DNA of 64,000 bases, taken from contig NIVC01000251.1 of the NCBI GenBank assembly GCA_002269645.1, positions 186,001-250,000 of the forward strand, given 5' to 3'. Below, in pieces: positions 1 to 12,527 of this stretch. The position numbers and the translations under genes were made by a program. Origin of the DNA: Macrostomum lignano (lineage: Eukaryota). The notes below the pieces were generated by a model, which was given only the letters and a program-made list of their open reading frames with translations, was not told the origin of the DNA and did not search any database. Numbering within the stretch: the first letter of the stretch is position 1; each line of letters begins with the position of its first letter.

Positions 1-181
1 TCTCATAGCGCTGATGATAGGCTAACTCGAACTTCAGAGACCGCATGATTCATTTACCCGAGCCGCTTGGCTACCCTAGAGTGCAGAAAGTACATCTCTG
101 GCGCCGATTCTGCACTTTTGGCAGTTTTGCTCACTGATTTGTTAGATTGGTCGACTGAGAACTGCCTTGCCATTGGTCCAC

Positions 182-934
182 TGTGACCGGCGCCTACTAG
201 CTTAGCTACTCATCTGAGCCATCGGCGAACAAAGAAATAAAGCCGACAAAGATAACTGTTAGATTTAACCTTCTCCTTAATTCACTTCACACTTTAGATT
301 GAATTGGAGTCTTAGACTACTGGCAGTATTATTGAATGATTCCTGCCTCAGCAACAGCACTACTGAACAAAATGAGCAAAAGTGTGCGCCTAATTCAGCT
401 ACTGCAACAGGGGACAGAAAAGGGATCACCCAATCAAGCAAGTCTAGGTAGCCTCTCACCCAACCAATCAGAAACTCAACAGCCGGAGACCAGGTATTCC
501 ACAGTGACCGAATCGGCTCGATGCTCTGCCGCTGTAGACTCGGGATGATGCTGTCACAATCTTCGCTGTTAGCTAGCAGGTGATGCTCTTAACTGGATGT
601 TCGCTGCTGTCGACCGGGGGACTCGTCCTTGATGATGATGGGGGAAGTTGCAATCCGGGGATCAAGAAACGACGGTCGTGCTCCGGGAACCAGAAGTTGC
701 GCGCTGGGCCCGAGCCAAAGTAAGAAGAAGTTGCGTTCGAGCGGGCCAAAAACTCCGGTTTAAATAGCCGCCAACTGGACCGCAGTTTGTTACAACGGAA
801 CACGTCGATTCTGATTGGCTGAGCCGTTTTGTTAAAATGAGCGCCGAATTTTCTGATTGGCTTAGCTCGTTGCTACCCAGAATCACGTGACCGAGAGATC
901 CTATCAGTTCCCACAGGGTCGTAAAAAGATGACA
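182..934 (-). mobile_element. LTR-like unit (TGTCA...GGTCACA) of a Gypsy-type element
   Basis: Minus strand starts TGTCA (934), ends GGTCACA (182), has two CAGCCAATCAG-type CCAAT boxes and a TATTTAAA box. Shares blocks with 27229-28042 (e.g. GGTGAGAGGCT..CT.GAC.TGCTT.A.TGGGTG). Lies downstream of the minus-strand Gypsy integrase remnant. Confidence 0.6.
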
Positions 935-2989
935 GGTGCGGCCATAAATCACTCAAAATCGCAACAAAATGATTTATGACTTTTCGCGTAGGATTGACAG
1001 AAATTAATGAAAAAATATACATTAGAAAGCTCTTATTAAATAGAAAGTGAAGATAATGAAGAGAAATCGCTAATCGCTAATCCCAAGGTACTTTTAGGGG
1101 TAAAACGCATAGCTGTCAAAGCTGTCACACGCTTGAGTGAATCCGAACAATAGGCTCTGACCTCATAAATCTTGATGGCCTGTCAAAATGATGAGAAAAA
1201 AGCTACCGCCCGCATCCTCTCAGACCATCCGGCGCCCGCTTCAACACTGAGTGAGGCGCAGGTGGCTGTCAGATCAGCTTCGAAAGCGATGATTTATGAC
1301 CCAAAAAGCTGCGCCTATGTTATTATGACTACTAGTATGGCCAGACATTATATCTAGTATAGATTCTATGAAGTTCGCAGAAAAAGGATAAAAATGCCCA
1401 CTGCCCACGGTTAGTAGGCAAGTAAGTTTAGAGCCCATGTGCTAGCGCGGGATTTGGGAAAAAGTGCGTCCTCATCAACAGCGCGAACGCGGCCCGGACC
1501 GACAGCAAAACTGGAACTGGTTGGAACCGGCCCGCGGGGGAGACTGATGAGGAGTTGACCTGGACCCCGCCTGGAGACGAAAGCCGGAGAAGGCCGGGAC
1601 CGCACAAGAAGACTGGATCGATGAAGTGGAAAGGGATAACGAACAGTAGGAAAGAGGTCTCGGTAGAAGCGGGAACACTTCCTAACTTAGCTAATGCGTT
1701 TCAGGGCTGCCCCCCGCTACCTAGAAAAGGGGTTGGTGTGCCTACCAACCAACTAGCTCAAAGCTTATGAGTTATGACTGTGCTAGAGTTGAGGCTGTGA
1801 CCTCATTCAGGACAAATCCTCTTGCTTGCCGTTGCTAAGTTTTTCATCCCCTCGGTTTCGAGAATATTATATAAGTCGGAGCGGAGCGCGGAAAAACGCG
1901 ACCCCGCGGTTTTGCTAGAGAGTTAGCTTTGAGCTCCGTTAGGTTAACCTACCAGATAACATACTGTGTTCATGTTCTTTCTTGGCCTGATATCCAATCA
2001 CAGAGGTGAGGATCCAGAAGGGAATTATAGCCGCCAGCCGGGAAACTGAGTATCGATAGTCGTCAGTAGTTATAGCCTTCAAGTCAACGGACTGCCACAA
2101 AGCCGCTAGACTACCTATAGGAAAACATAAAGCTGAAGACACATAGAGAAGACAGATACGAACAACACGTGAAGAGCTATAATTGTATGATATAAAGTGT
2201 TATAAAAAATCTGTGGTTTTCAAAAAAAACATTTTTTGCTATCAGTATAAAGTACCTAAAATATATTTTTCAAGTTGAGCTTTTAAATATGTGTTTCTAT
2301 GCTGGTAACAAGAAAAAATGTTTGTTCTTTTATTTTTTTATAGTTGGTCATAAAATGTGAAAAATGTCTTTGTTCTAAACAAAAAAATATTTCTAAATAT
2401 TTATGTTGGCTAGCTAAATGTAAATTTTCTAGCTGATACATGCATGTATGACAACTCTGGTGGTTACAAGACTTTTTCTGTTTTGGTACAAAATATCCTC
2501 TTTTCATGGGTCTGTGTTTAATCAGAGAATGATAGTCCATAAAATGACCATTAACATAAATATTCTCCTATTTTAACGAATAAGAAGACAAATACTGTTC
2601 CATATTCCAAGGCGTACTTCGCTTGAAAATTTTGGTCAAATCACAACACGAATGTTGTCAAAGAGTAAGAGTAACATCCCAAATTGGTACATAATTGTAC
2701 AAGACTGGTATATTTCGGAAGCGTATTAAATTAAGTAATTTCTTACTGACAATTAATCTTCAGTAAGATAAAAAATTTACTTATAACTTGCTATTAAGAC
2801 GAATCTTGTCATTTTTTGCAGTTAGTGTGATGATTGGACGCGTGTTGGGAATAAATCTTAAATTTTTGTAAAGCGAGTTATCGCTTTAACGTTGCGAGAC
2901 GACTAGATATTTTTTAACAACTGAAGCATTAGACACATATTTTTAAGCTAGGTCACGTAAGAATAAACTACAGCCAAAAAGGTGCTTGA

Positions 2990-3339
2990 AAAAATACAAA
3001 GTAAAAAAAGCAAAAAGTTGTTAAAATTTACGCGTGCTTTTATGAGTTTTAATCTCTCTCTAGCTAGCTCTTGGCCTTCCTGCAGGTTCTGCTGATGTTC
3101 CTGGACATAAGATGGCAAATCCTGGACCTGTCTTGGCTCACTAAGCTCGTTGTCACAGGGCATTCTGACCTCTCTTCCAAAGACTAAATAGTGCCGACTA
3201 AATCCTGTGGCGGTGTGAGTGCTGGTTCTTAGAGCTGTTATGCGACCTGGCAACAGAACGTCCCAGTTGGAATGCTCTTCCAGTAAATAGGAGAGAATTG
3301 ATTTAATCTGCTTGTTAAGGTTTTCTACGAAGCCATTGC
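2990..3339 (-). pseudogene. Gypsy integrase, C-terminal catalytic part (distal to Crypton insertion)
   Basis: Translates (S)NGFVENLNKQIKSILSYLLEEHSNWDVLLPGRITALRTSTHTATGFSRHYLVFGREVRMPCD, a typical retroviral-type integrase continuation after the HPQ.NG..E motif. Confidence 0.8.
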
Positions 3340-3592
3340 CCGAAATATTTGTTCATGGCAATGACCTCCGGACAATGACCGGCCATTTTCTGGAGGTAAA
3401 AAAACAAGACTGGACAACAATACCATAGGCGAAAAAAGTAACACGAAGCGTGAAATTCTTATATTTATTGAAGTCCAACAAAAAATGTTCCAACAATAAC
3501 ACTGCTTAGTCAATTGAGTGCAAGTCTAACCTATGGTCATGTTCTCATCACGACAGCAGGAGAAAGTCCAGAAAATACGACGGTTGAGTCCA

Positions 3593-5049
3593 TTACTCAA
3601 ATTTGCAACCATTGAATGAACAGTTGTGGAAACTGTACCTGACCGACGGATTGTCATGACTGATGCCGGTGATCTGCACGGAAGACGACACAGGTACTGG
3701 CACCGGTGAACTCTCACGCAATGGAGTCGCAACAGCTTGTGAAGAACCATTCAAATCAAGTGCCATAGAAACAGCCTCACTGGTAGACTGCAGCGAGCGA
3801 TCACGGCGCTTGGACAGGTAACGGCGAGTTGTCCTCTCAGAAACCTGACCGGTTATCGACATGATGTCAGCCAGGTTGTACCCAGCAGCCTCTAGATCAG
3901 CAATCCTGCTCACTCTACAACAGAAATAAAGTATTGCATAGAAAATATGCAACTGGTTTAAAGCAATATGAAGAAAAAGGCTTACCGAATGCAATGATTC
4001 GTGTACATCTTGGACAAACCGGCCTTCTCGCTCAAGTTTCGCATGAAACGCAGGAAGTAGTTCTCCCCGCGATTCTGCTTTGTTGAGAACATAGGCTGTC
4101 CATTGGAATCCGTGTTGGATAGTGGACGCGGGAACAGATGGTTGTCCTTGGTTGTTGGAGGTAGCAGTTGTAGATATCTCCTCACTTTGGCCGTGTCGTA
4201 GATCCGAGCTTGTTTGTTGTCCGGCCTGGCCTTCGCCTTCACAGGATCGGCTGACTTATTCTTCGTTGGCAGAGCAGGAAGACAGTAGTACTCCTTGCCG
4301 TCAGAATCCGTGTGCAATTCAAGCGAGTCCCTTTGTCTCAGGAACTTCAGATGCTCCTGGCCACGCTCTCCAAAGGAGTAAAGAACATAGAACAGAAATT
4401 TAGCCTGCTCGATTTCAGCCGTAGTCCCTTCAAAGTAGCACCGCAACTTCTGCATGTCGCCTTCTTCAATTGGTTCATACTGCCTGGTGCAGCCACCATC
4501 TCGATGGAAATCACGAACCTTGACACGCAGCATCTCGTTGCAGGAATTGAATTCCTCACCACCGATTATATCGACAGGCAGCTTCAGAACCATGCGTAGG
4601 AAACGCTGAATTCCAGCCCGGATACAGATGAGAGAGGCCGGCGAGTAGAACGAGCCATCCTGTTTCTTCAGCTTGAAGTAGAAGTACCGAAGATATTGGT
4701 TCAATGTAGGATTGTTGACATGCTGAATGTTGCGCAGATTCTCCCCTTCCAGGAAGTCTCGAAAACGTTGGCCATGCTGGTACATCTGCTTCCGAGTATC
4801 CTCAGGCAGACTCTCGATCTCGATTCTGTCCATCTCGGAAACGTCTATCTTTTCATCTCCATCGACCATTGGCAGCCCAGTATCAGCTGGACCATTTTGG
4901 ACATACTTCAGGAACGCATCGAAATCTTCGTCGTGCCGATCAACGGCAGAGGATTCCGAGAGGAAGTTCAGTTCATCCTGCGTGATGTTGCCGAGGTCCT
5001 CACACGGGAGGTTACCCCAATTAATATAATGTATTATCGGGTCGCTCAT
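3593..5049 (-). CDS. Crypton-type tyrosine recombinase (DUF3504/ZMYM-like), two exons, intron 3915-3985
   Basis: Motifs YLRYFY..LKKQDGSFYSPASL..IRAGIQRFL, FGERGQE (R box), YTNHCIR|VSR (HxxR), ITGQVSERTTRRYL (Tyr). A 71-nt GTAAG...TTGTAG intron joins ORF 3982-5049 to the 3' part of ORF 3593-3994 in frame. Confidence 0.85.
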
Positions 5050-5250
5050 GATGGACAGAAAACTCTTGAATCAACAGGTTTGGACAGACTACTTACTGCC
5101 TGGGAATCCCTCACACAAACCCCTTCACCCCCACTGAAAGTTTTGCCATAGACATTTCAACCCTCCATTCAATCAATAGGATTGTCATTGCCATGAACTC
5201 TCCACGCCTTTTGGCTTTCGTGCCATAGACGTTTGTGCCTCCTCCTGGGC

Positions 5251-5664
5251 CACTTCGATTCGTGCCATAGATATTTCCTGCAATGAAGTTAACTGGAAGA
5301 GAGAACTCCAGGCAACGACCACTTCGATTCGTGCCATAGATATTTCCTGCAATGAAGTTAACTGGAAGAGAGAACTCCAGGCAACGACCACTTCGATTCG
5401 TGCCATAGATATTTCCTGCAATGAAGTTAACTGGAAGAGAGAACTCCAGGCAACGACCACTTCGATTCGTGCCATAGATATTTCCTGCAATGAAGTTAAC
5501 TGGAAGAGAGAACTCCAGGCAACGACCACTTCGATTCGTGCCATAGATATTTCCTGCAATGAAGTTAACTGGAAGAGAGAACTCCAGGCAACGACCACTT
5601 CGATTCGTGCCATAGATATTTCCTGCAATGAAGTTAACTGGAAGAGAGAACTCCAGGCAACGGC
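5251..5664. repeat. 69-bp tandem repeat, about 6 near-identical copies
   Basis: Unit CACTTCGATTCGTGCCATAGATATTTCCTGCAATGAAGTTAACTGGAAGAGAGAACTCCAGGCAACGAC repeated head to tail with no spacers, at the end of Crypton copy 1. Confidence 0.95.
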
Positions 5665-5693
5665 CAAATTTCCACTCGCTTCCAGTTAACCCC

Positions 5694-6021
5694 CCATTGC
5701 TCTGCAGATGGTAACTAGTATTTCGAGTGTGTCTAATGCCATAGAGTTCTAAAAATTTCTTAAAGACTGTGTTCCCTGGTCAGTGTGAATCCACTGTGGA
5801 ATCCCGAAATCAGCGAAGATGCGCTCTTGCAAAATTTTGATAATTGTTTTAGCCTTCTGATTCCTAATTGCGAATGCGAAAGGAACTTTGCTAGTGCTGT
5901 CAATGACTGATAGTACATAATTGTTCCCTGATTTGCTAGTCTGGCTAATAGGTCCCATCAGATCTATGTATAATCTACCAAACGGTTCAACTACAGGATA
6001 TTTCCGTATTGGTGCCTTCAT
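5694..6021 (-). pseudogene. Gypsy integrase, N-terminal catalytic part (frameshifted)
   Basis: RLYIDLMGPI...YVLSVID...FGIPQWIHTDQGTQ, then after a frameshift FLELYGIRHTRNTSYHLQSNG. Confidence 0.85.
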
Positions 6022-7739
6022 TCTCTAGTTTTGCTTTCTAAGCACGATTTACGTTTGGCTACGTAACGTTCAACTGCTGTTGCTAATCCTGGCCTCCAAA
6101 ATTGAATTTTAATTCTCTGATAAGTTTTATATCGACCTAACCTAGGTTTCCCGCTAACGGTGAATCATGAAATTGGTAAAAAACTTTACTATTCAGAGAC
6201 TTGGGCAACACTACCCTTTGGATCATTGTGCCCCATAGATAAGTCTACTTTGAGTACACCGTCCTCAACTCTGAGAAACTAATAGTAATCTAAAAGGTTT
6301 CTACCATCGATTTAACTCTAGTCCTTAAAATATCGGTTTAGACTTCTAACAAAACCAACTGCTTAGAGCATCCTTAATGTCTTGGACATCCTGTTTGCTC
6401 ATTCTAACTCACTTTGATTTCTTGCTAGGTTCTACTTTTGTGTCGCGCCAGTACGCTTCACCATACTTTCGAAACATCAATTCCTGCGCAAACATAGTTG
6501 GGTTGCTTGCTGAGACCTGAGAGACCGAAAAAGGGGTGCCAATGTGCCCTCCTAATGTTTTGTCATCACGGTTTTAGCTTTCACAAAGAGTCAAAAATCC
6601 CTTAAAATCTATTATTTCCTATCCTTGCTTCACTTTCTGTTTGAGCAAACCCGTGTTGATTCGCGCTTCTAAAAGTAGAAAATAAGTCGCTGAAACACCT
6701 GGTGTTTCTGGTGTTTTTGCTGTTTTTCTTGCGACAGACGTAACCGGTAAGCCATTTGTTTGCTTACTAGCTCCAAGAGGTGTACTGGCTCCTTGTAAAA
6801 ATGCCTTTCAGCCATGGAAAGATTAGCTCAGTTAGGCTCTTCTTGGTAAGACGAAAGCAGATGCATATCCTGACATTCGCTAACCGTTCGTTTTGTTGCA
6901 CATGAAAAGCGAGGAGCTGAAGCTGAAGCCACACCAGAAGACAAGGATTCGTGTAAGAAAAGGCAGGCGAATTTATATACCTAGTGCCGCTGTGTAGGTT
7001 AGTCTTTCGGAATCAAAGTAAGGCGTGATCGAAAGGCAACTCAGAAAATCTGTTAGCCACGAGTCGCTTTGGTCTTCCGTCATTCCGTCTGGCATGCGGA
7101 GCGTGTGGCCAATTTGTGCAAGGTGACTCTTCTCAATTTTGATTCTGATCGAAGTGATCTTAATTTCAAATTTTAAATCCTGCATGTTCACTCCCTTCAT
7201 TTAAATTTCTCTTAGGGGCTCCATCTTTTTGCTCCATACGTTCCTGTACACCTTGTCCATTAATTTCTGCATTGACTTGATTTTACTCTTGTCTTGGCCC
7301 TAAGCGTGATTTCACTCTGGAGGAAAGGTCTCCATCGTCGTCGTCGACCTCACCATTATCATTATTTGCAGCTTCCTCTTTGTCGTAGCCGCATTTTACT
7401 ACTGTTGGAGCACTGCCTTTGGCGGCGGCGGTAGCGCCATGACTTGCATCTGACGAATAAATTCTCTGCTCATGTCCTTTGTACATGCATCGTTTTAGAA
7501 GTTCAAGGTAATCGTTCAGTACTAGCCGCCATTCACTGTCAGTCAACAACTTTCTACGCTTTTTTGCGTGGTTCTTTTAGTGAACGTCCTGTCTCTGCCA
7601 AATAGTGCGCATCCGCTTTGCAAAGAGAGAGCAACATTCGACAACCCTTACAAGTATTCACTGTATTTTGAAATCGCAAAGGATTTTTTAGTAAGCCTAT
7701 TATACTGATTTTTCAATTTCAAAGTAGTCAACACCGCTT

Positions 7740-8585
7740 CAACGATTGCTGCTGCTGCTGTTGTTCTTGTTGTTGCTGTTTTTTAGCGTTTAGCAAACTG
7801 AGCGTTCCGTCCACCACTTTAACTCTTTCCTTAAACTCCGCCCACAGTTTTCGACCGGCGTCAGGGCTGCTGCATAGGTCCGCGAGGCGCGTGATACCAA
7901 GGGTGCGGCGGGCCTTTTCCATCTTGGCGCACTTCAGTGCCACGTGGGTGTTGGTCTCCGGCGCCATCATACATAGCCTGCAGGTAATAGAGTCGTACAG
8001 GCCCAGTCGGTAGGCATAAGCTCTAAGGCCTGTGCTGTGCCCTACCCGGAATTTGGTGTACTCAGCTCTCTCATGCGCAAGCCACATGCTCTCTGTGCGC
8101 CAGTTCGGGCCGGGGGCTCCATAGGTGTCCCGGGAGCGGTCATGGCTCCACTTAACCTTACTGAAGTACTTCCCTCGTTGGCGGGGTGATCCGCTCTTTC
8201 GTTGCCAGGAACGCCTATGTGACCGGCTATCAACACCAAGCGGATCTGTTTATCGTGCCAGCTCTCCATGGTTGACCGGATATCGCTGGCCAGCTATTCC
8301 TCCGACAGGGGTGGGCGGTCAGCATCTGAAGGGCGGCCATGCTGTCACACGCCATCGTAGCCGTCGTCCAGGGCTGCTGCCAGCTGGTCCCACTGCACCG
8401 CCTCATACACGGCCGCCAGCTCGGCCTGCGTTGAAGAGCAGCCTGGGCCTGCCGGTCTGCTCAGCGCGGCTACCTCCTCGCCTCTAACCTGTATGCTAAT
8501 TCCTTCTCCTCCCTGTCCGTCCTTTCCAGTCGAGCCGTCAGTATAGACCACCACATCCGGCAGCTCTGTCATCCGGCAGTTGCTG
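7740..8585 (-). mobile_element. 5'-truncated non-LTR retrotransposon (RNase H plus CCHC zinc finger), frameshifted
   Basis: VVVYTDGS, CSSTQAELAAV, AGHIGVPGNERAD (RNase H) and TCRLC..APETNTHVALKC; ends in a CAA/CAG-rich tail. Confidence 0.85.
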
Positions 8586-8960
8586 CTCTCTCTCTCTCTC
8601 TCTCTCTCTCTTTGCACGGCACGTCCCGATGTCAGCCGGGCTGCGAGGGACGGGGGCGCTAGATGCGCCCCAGCCTGCGAAGTAGGTCGATGGTCGTTTT
8701 CGCGTCCGCCAGAAGGGCATCCTTCTCGCCGGGGCGGGCCGCGAACCCTCTTGGGCAGTCAAACAGGATGTGTTGCTCGGTGTCACGTGCTCCGCAGTCC
8801 GGGCACACGTCGGAGTCGGACAGGCCGAGCCGGAGTCTGGTGGCGGCGGCGAGGTTGCTGCAGCCGGCACGGAGCTGGTTGACCAGGACCTCTAGTCTCC
8901 TCGGGAGGGCTGGGAGTCTTGGCCATGGAGCCTTGCGGCCCCAAAGCCCCCAAAGCTCGA
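8586..8960 (-). mobile_element. Short 3' fragment of a second LINE with (GA)n tail
   Basis: Minus strand reads SDSDVCPDCGARDTEQHILFDCP...LLRRLGRI* (LINE C-terminal CCHC), followed by a GAGAGA tail (TC microsatellite near 8586-8611). Confidence 0.7.
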
Positions 8961-8992
<32 letters not shown>

Positions 8993-9329
8993 CGCTGTGA
9001 TCAAATGGGAGGCTATAATTAGGACTTGGCGAAGCGTGCTTGTCTTCCCAAATTCTAAACTTGCACGCGCGTTGAATAAATTTAACCTAAGAGCAATTCT
9101 ATCAGAGATGCAGTTGAGTGATAGATTTTGGATACTAATGTGAAACTGTATGAGCACGATGAGGTGCAAGAGTCTGCTCGTAATTTTTTAATATTTATGC
9201 AGGGTAGAATGAATTGGTTTCCCCTACAAATCTACAAATCTCGTTTCCCTCACTATTAAATATTTTGGGCTGGAACAGATTAAGAGTTACTTAAACGAAT
9301 GCGAGTTCCTCCCCAAGGTCAATATAGTA

Positions 9330-10448
9330 CTAGCCCACGACTCTGCTCGGTAGTACCAGTTGAATGCAGACTGACGGTATCATCGGTGAGATTGCTTCTG
9401 GGACTGGGACTCCGGCATGAATTTCTGGCGTGGCCGGTGGATTAGCAGGCTCGAATTCTCGCAAGAGATCGGATAGGCTTGCTTCTGCCATCATTATGGC
9501 TTGCTCCATATTTTTTCCTGCGACTGGAACAGGCCTGTAGGGCGGCAGCTGTTGCTGCTCAGCTTCTTCATTCGCCAGCTCAACAGGCTCCAACTCGACA
9601 TCCTCGAAGAAGGCAGTATCCAACTCTGGAGGAGCTGCAAAATCAGTGGAATCGTCAGCTGGAAGGCCGGCACCGTCAGCTGGGAGGCCGGCACCGTCAG
9701 CTGGGAGGCCGACACCGTCCGGTGGAAGGCCAGCACAGTCAGGTGGGAGGCCGGCACCGTCGACTGGGAGGCCGGAGCCGTCAGGTGGGAGGCCGGCACC
9801 GTCAGGTGGGAGGCCAGCACCGTCAAGTGGGAGGCCGGACCGTCGACTGGGAGGCCGGCACCGTCAGGTTGGAGGCCAGCACCGTCAAGTGGGAGGCCGG
9901 CACCGTCCGCTGGGGGGTCAGCACCGTCAGGTGGGAGGCCGGCACCGTCAGGTGGGAGGCCGGCACCATCAGCTAACGCAGCGGTAGAAACAAAAAGTCA
10001 GATTACTGCTCCAGAGTGGCAAGTGCAGCGGCAAGCAGATCGAAGTTTGCGTATGTAGCATGCTGAAAATCTACATCAGATTGCTGACACACGCCCTGAA
10101 TTGTTTGGCTGAGTGCGCTGACGGGTGCTTGACTGCGCTCGACGATGTTGAACTGCTCTTGACGCTGGACAGTCTCCAAGGCAGCACGGCTTGTTTTAAA
10201 TCTCCAGGTGAGCTCCAATTAATAATCATCTGGTTTTTGTAAGCTCGAACTTGCTGGCGCACATTAAAGAGCTTACGCGTCTGACACTCGTGACAAAGCA
10301 GCCAGCGACTGACGCTGCAGCTGCTTTTCGTTTTGTGACGCTTTAAGCCACCGAGCTCACATGAGTTGCAGGAAATGCACACCTTAAACGCATGTGAAGG
10401 GCAGCGGAATTTATTCATTCGTGTTCTGTAATCTTTAAACAGGACCAC
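9330..10448 (-). pseudogene. Disrupted unknown ORF (Cys-rich N-terminal part, repeat linker, acidic/Pro-rich C-terminal part), possibly a transposon accessory gene
   Basis: Consecutive minus-strand ORFs 10071-10448, 10003-10218, 9494-9826, 9330-9623; no family recognised. Confidence 0.3.
9660..9975. repeat. 21-bp tandem repeat (GGCACCGTCAGGTGGGAGGCC-like), about 15 diverged copies
   Basis: Directly visible periodicity; gives 7-aa repeats in all frames (e.g. TVPASHL on minus). Confidence 0.9.
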
Positions 10449-11739
10449 GGAGAAAACTCGCTAACCACTGGACTAATTCCCAGAACCTACTCTCAGGCGA
10501 GGACCCTGACGAATTGACAGTTCAGCGGAGCTCTGGCTAAGTTCTACCAGCCCTGCCCTTCAGTGCAACTCTGAGGCCCTCGGGGTCGAGGCCACGTACT
10601 GTGTCAAAACCGTCAGTTCCTATCTAACCGCGCTTGCCAACGACGCTCTCTGAACAGAGTTATCGCGAGCGTTACGCCAGCAAGACTATTGCGGTTTGGC
10701 AGGGAACAAAGCAAAGACCGGGGCTCAACTCTAATAAGCGCCTCAAAGCGCGGAAGATGCAAAACCGCCGGGGATGGAACAAACCAGAGGAGCCAAAACA
10801 GAAGAGGCAGAAGAATGAGATCCGACCGCCAAAAGCCCACTTTCCTATATAGTCAATTCCAAACCCCCCTCAAGCCGGGTGGTGGGTGTCTGGCTGGCCG
10901 CTTGCTAATCCAGATTGCATTGAACCCGCGGCGCTCTCTCAGGCCGGGTAGAACTTGTTTTGCCGCGTGCCAGGGGTCCAGGTCGATCGTGATTGGTTGG
11001 CCGCGCAAAGCCGGGGTACACTGGAAAACTGTCGACCTTCCGCTGAATCACTCCTGACTTGGAATTGCGTCTATTTGTTTGGCCTGTTTACACTAAAAAT
11101 AAACTCTAAACTAAGAAGTGCTTTGAAACACGCTTGACTAAAATAGAACAAAATAATGATTAACAATACAACAACTTAAGTAATGGAAATTCATAATACA
11201 ACAGAAATTCACGCAAGATGCTCACACTATAGTCAAGTTGCAAAGTAAATCTGTTGGGAAATCACATGACAATGAGTACTGCATCTAAATGCAAAGTAGC
11301 CACACATTCCATGTCTGAAACATGCTATGTCGTACTTGTTAATTTACTGCGTTTTTCATATTTTTCTCATTGAATATTCATTACTAGCAAACCTTAATAA
11401 TCTTAGTATCTTCTTGATTATATCTTACTACGAAGATCATGATAAAGTCCCGTGGTAAAAATTAATACCATTTTTTTATTTTTCTACTAAGAATACCAAG
11501 AAAATGGTCTTACTAATCTTAATAGAAATCTTACCAAGAAACTACAAAGATAACTATGAGTTGTGTAATCTTAGTAAGTTTAAGCATCGTAAGACTTACC
11601 TTGATAAAATTATTATAGGGTGCCGACCTGGAAATCAACTGAAAATAGTTAGCCAAACACCGAAAGAACACAACTGCGAACTCCAACACGGTCTTGCAAT
11701 GCGTCCTCAATACACTTATCAGTAGTTCAAACTGCGATT

Positions 11740-11948
11740 TCAGTACGTCAGACATACTGTACTACGAAGCAGGGGAGAAAGATGCTCTGCAATAGCACGT
11801 CGGACACTAATATAGTCCATGTGCAGAGGCGTACATTTGAACTGGTCAGAAACCTCATGAAAAAACAATCTCCATCACCGTCAACAGGAACATCTGCATC
11901 ACGGACATCTTCCATTCCGCCTACAATTGGAACACCACCTGACCGCAA
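11740..11948 (-). pseudogene. OTU-like cysteine protease domain fragment (1-nt frameshift)
   Basis: VPVDGDGDCFF; with one extra T in the T-run it continues FHEVSDQF...DYISVRRAIAEHL, matching the OTU GDGNCxFRA-x-SxQL...H..VR pattern. Confidence 0.6.
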
Positions 11949-12527
11949 ACGAAGTCAAACGCTCGTCAACTTATCCTCTCATTCAGATGGAGTTTCAGCC
12001 ACGCGTTTTTTTCTTACCAATTTTCGATGTTTCTCCAACCTGTGAACACGTTCAGAATCAGATTCAGTTGCACGTTTCCAGTCATCGCGTAGCCGAAAGT
12101 TCTCCCACCGGGCGGATCAAACTTCTACAGACTCAGTAGAGCGCTTTGTGCGTCAGGCCTCTAACCGAGCAGCTCGATCTGTGGACTCAGTGGAGCGCTT
12201 GGCGACTGACGCCATTAAGAGCTCATTGCTCTTAAGTTCTTGGAGAGATAGGGAAAGTACTCTCGTATACCATTGATCAAACGGTCGTGCCACATCACTA
12301 TTACAGGGTGGTCCAGAAAGGTCTCCCGGGCTACAAACAGAGTTTTCTCTGCACTGGATTGATGGATTGGGCTGAAACTTGACCTGCTTAAACTTTATTC
12401 TGAATATATTTTTTGTCTGAAAATCTTGGCAATTGCTAAAAAAATCATTAGGTTACAGCAGTTTTTCTAAAAAAAACATCGTTTTTGTTAAATCAGTTGG
12501 GTTTTAGCACAATCTGCTATGCAGCTG

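Larger units (their letters stand above)
3340..5693 (-). mobile_element. Crypton-like tyrosine recombinase DNA transposon (copy 1)
   Basis: Bounded by 7-bp direct repeats CCATTGC (3333-3339, 5694-5700). Removing the element restores the Gypsy integrase frame YHLQSNG-FVENLNK. Contains a YR gene, a 15-bp inverted repeat and a 69-bp tandem array. Confidence 0.8.

Noticed and set aside
3593-5049. Phage or bacterial integrase / prophage
   Set aside because: Gene has a spliceosomal intron and Crypton/DUF3504-type motifs; no phage genes nearby.
4122-5151. Plus-strand ORFs overlapping the Crypton gene, and similar antisense ORFs over the LINE and Gypsy
   Set aside because: Antisense shadows of real coding frames with no recognisable motifs.
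5251-5664. 69-bp array as a CRISPR array
   Set aside because: Units are identical end to end with no unique spacers, no cas genes, and the context is eukaryotic.
7283-7549. Gag fragment of the minus-strand Gypsy element
   Set aside because: Position is plausible but no diagnostic gag motif was recognised.
10440-11130. LTR leader similar to 28400-28730 and 32580-32760
   Set aside because: Only short scattered word matches; could not support homology by eye.
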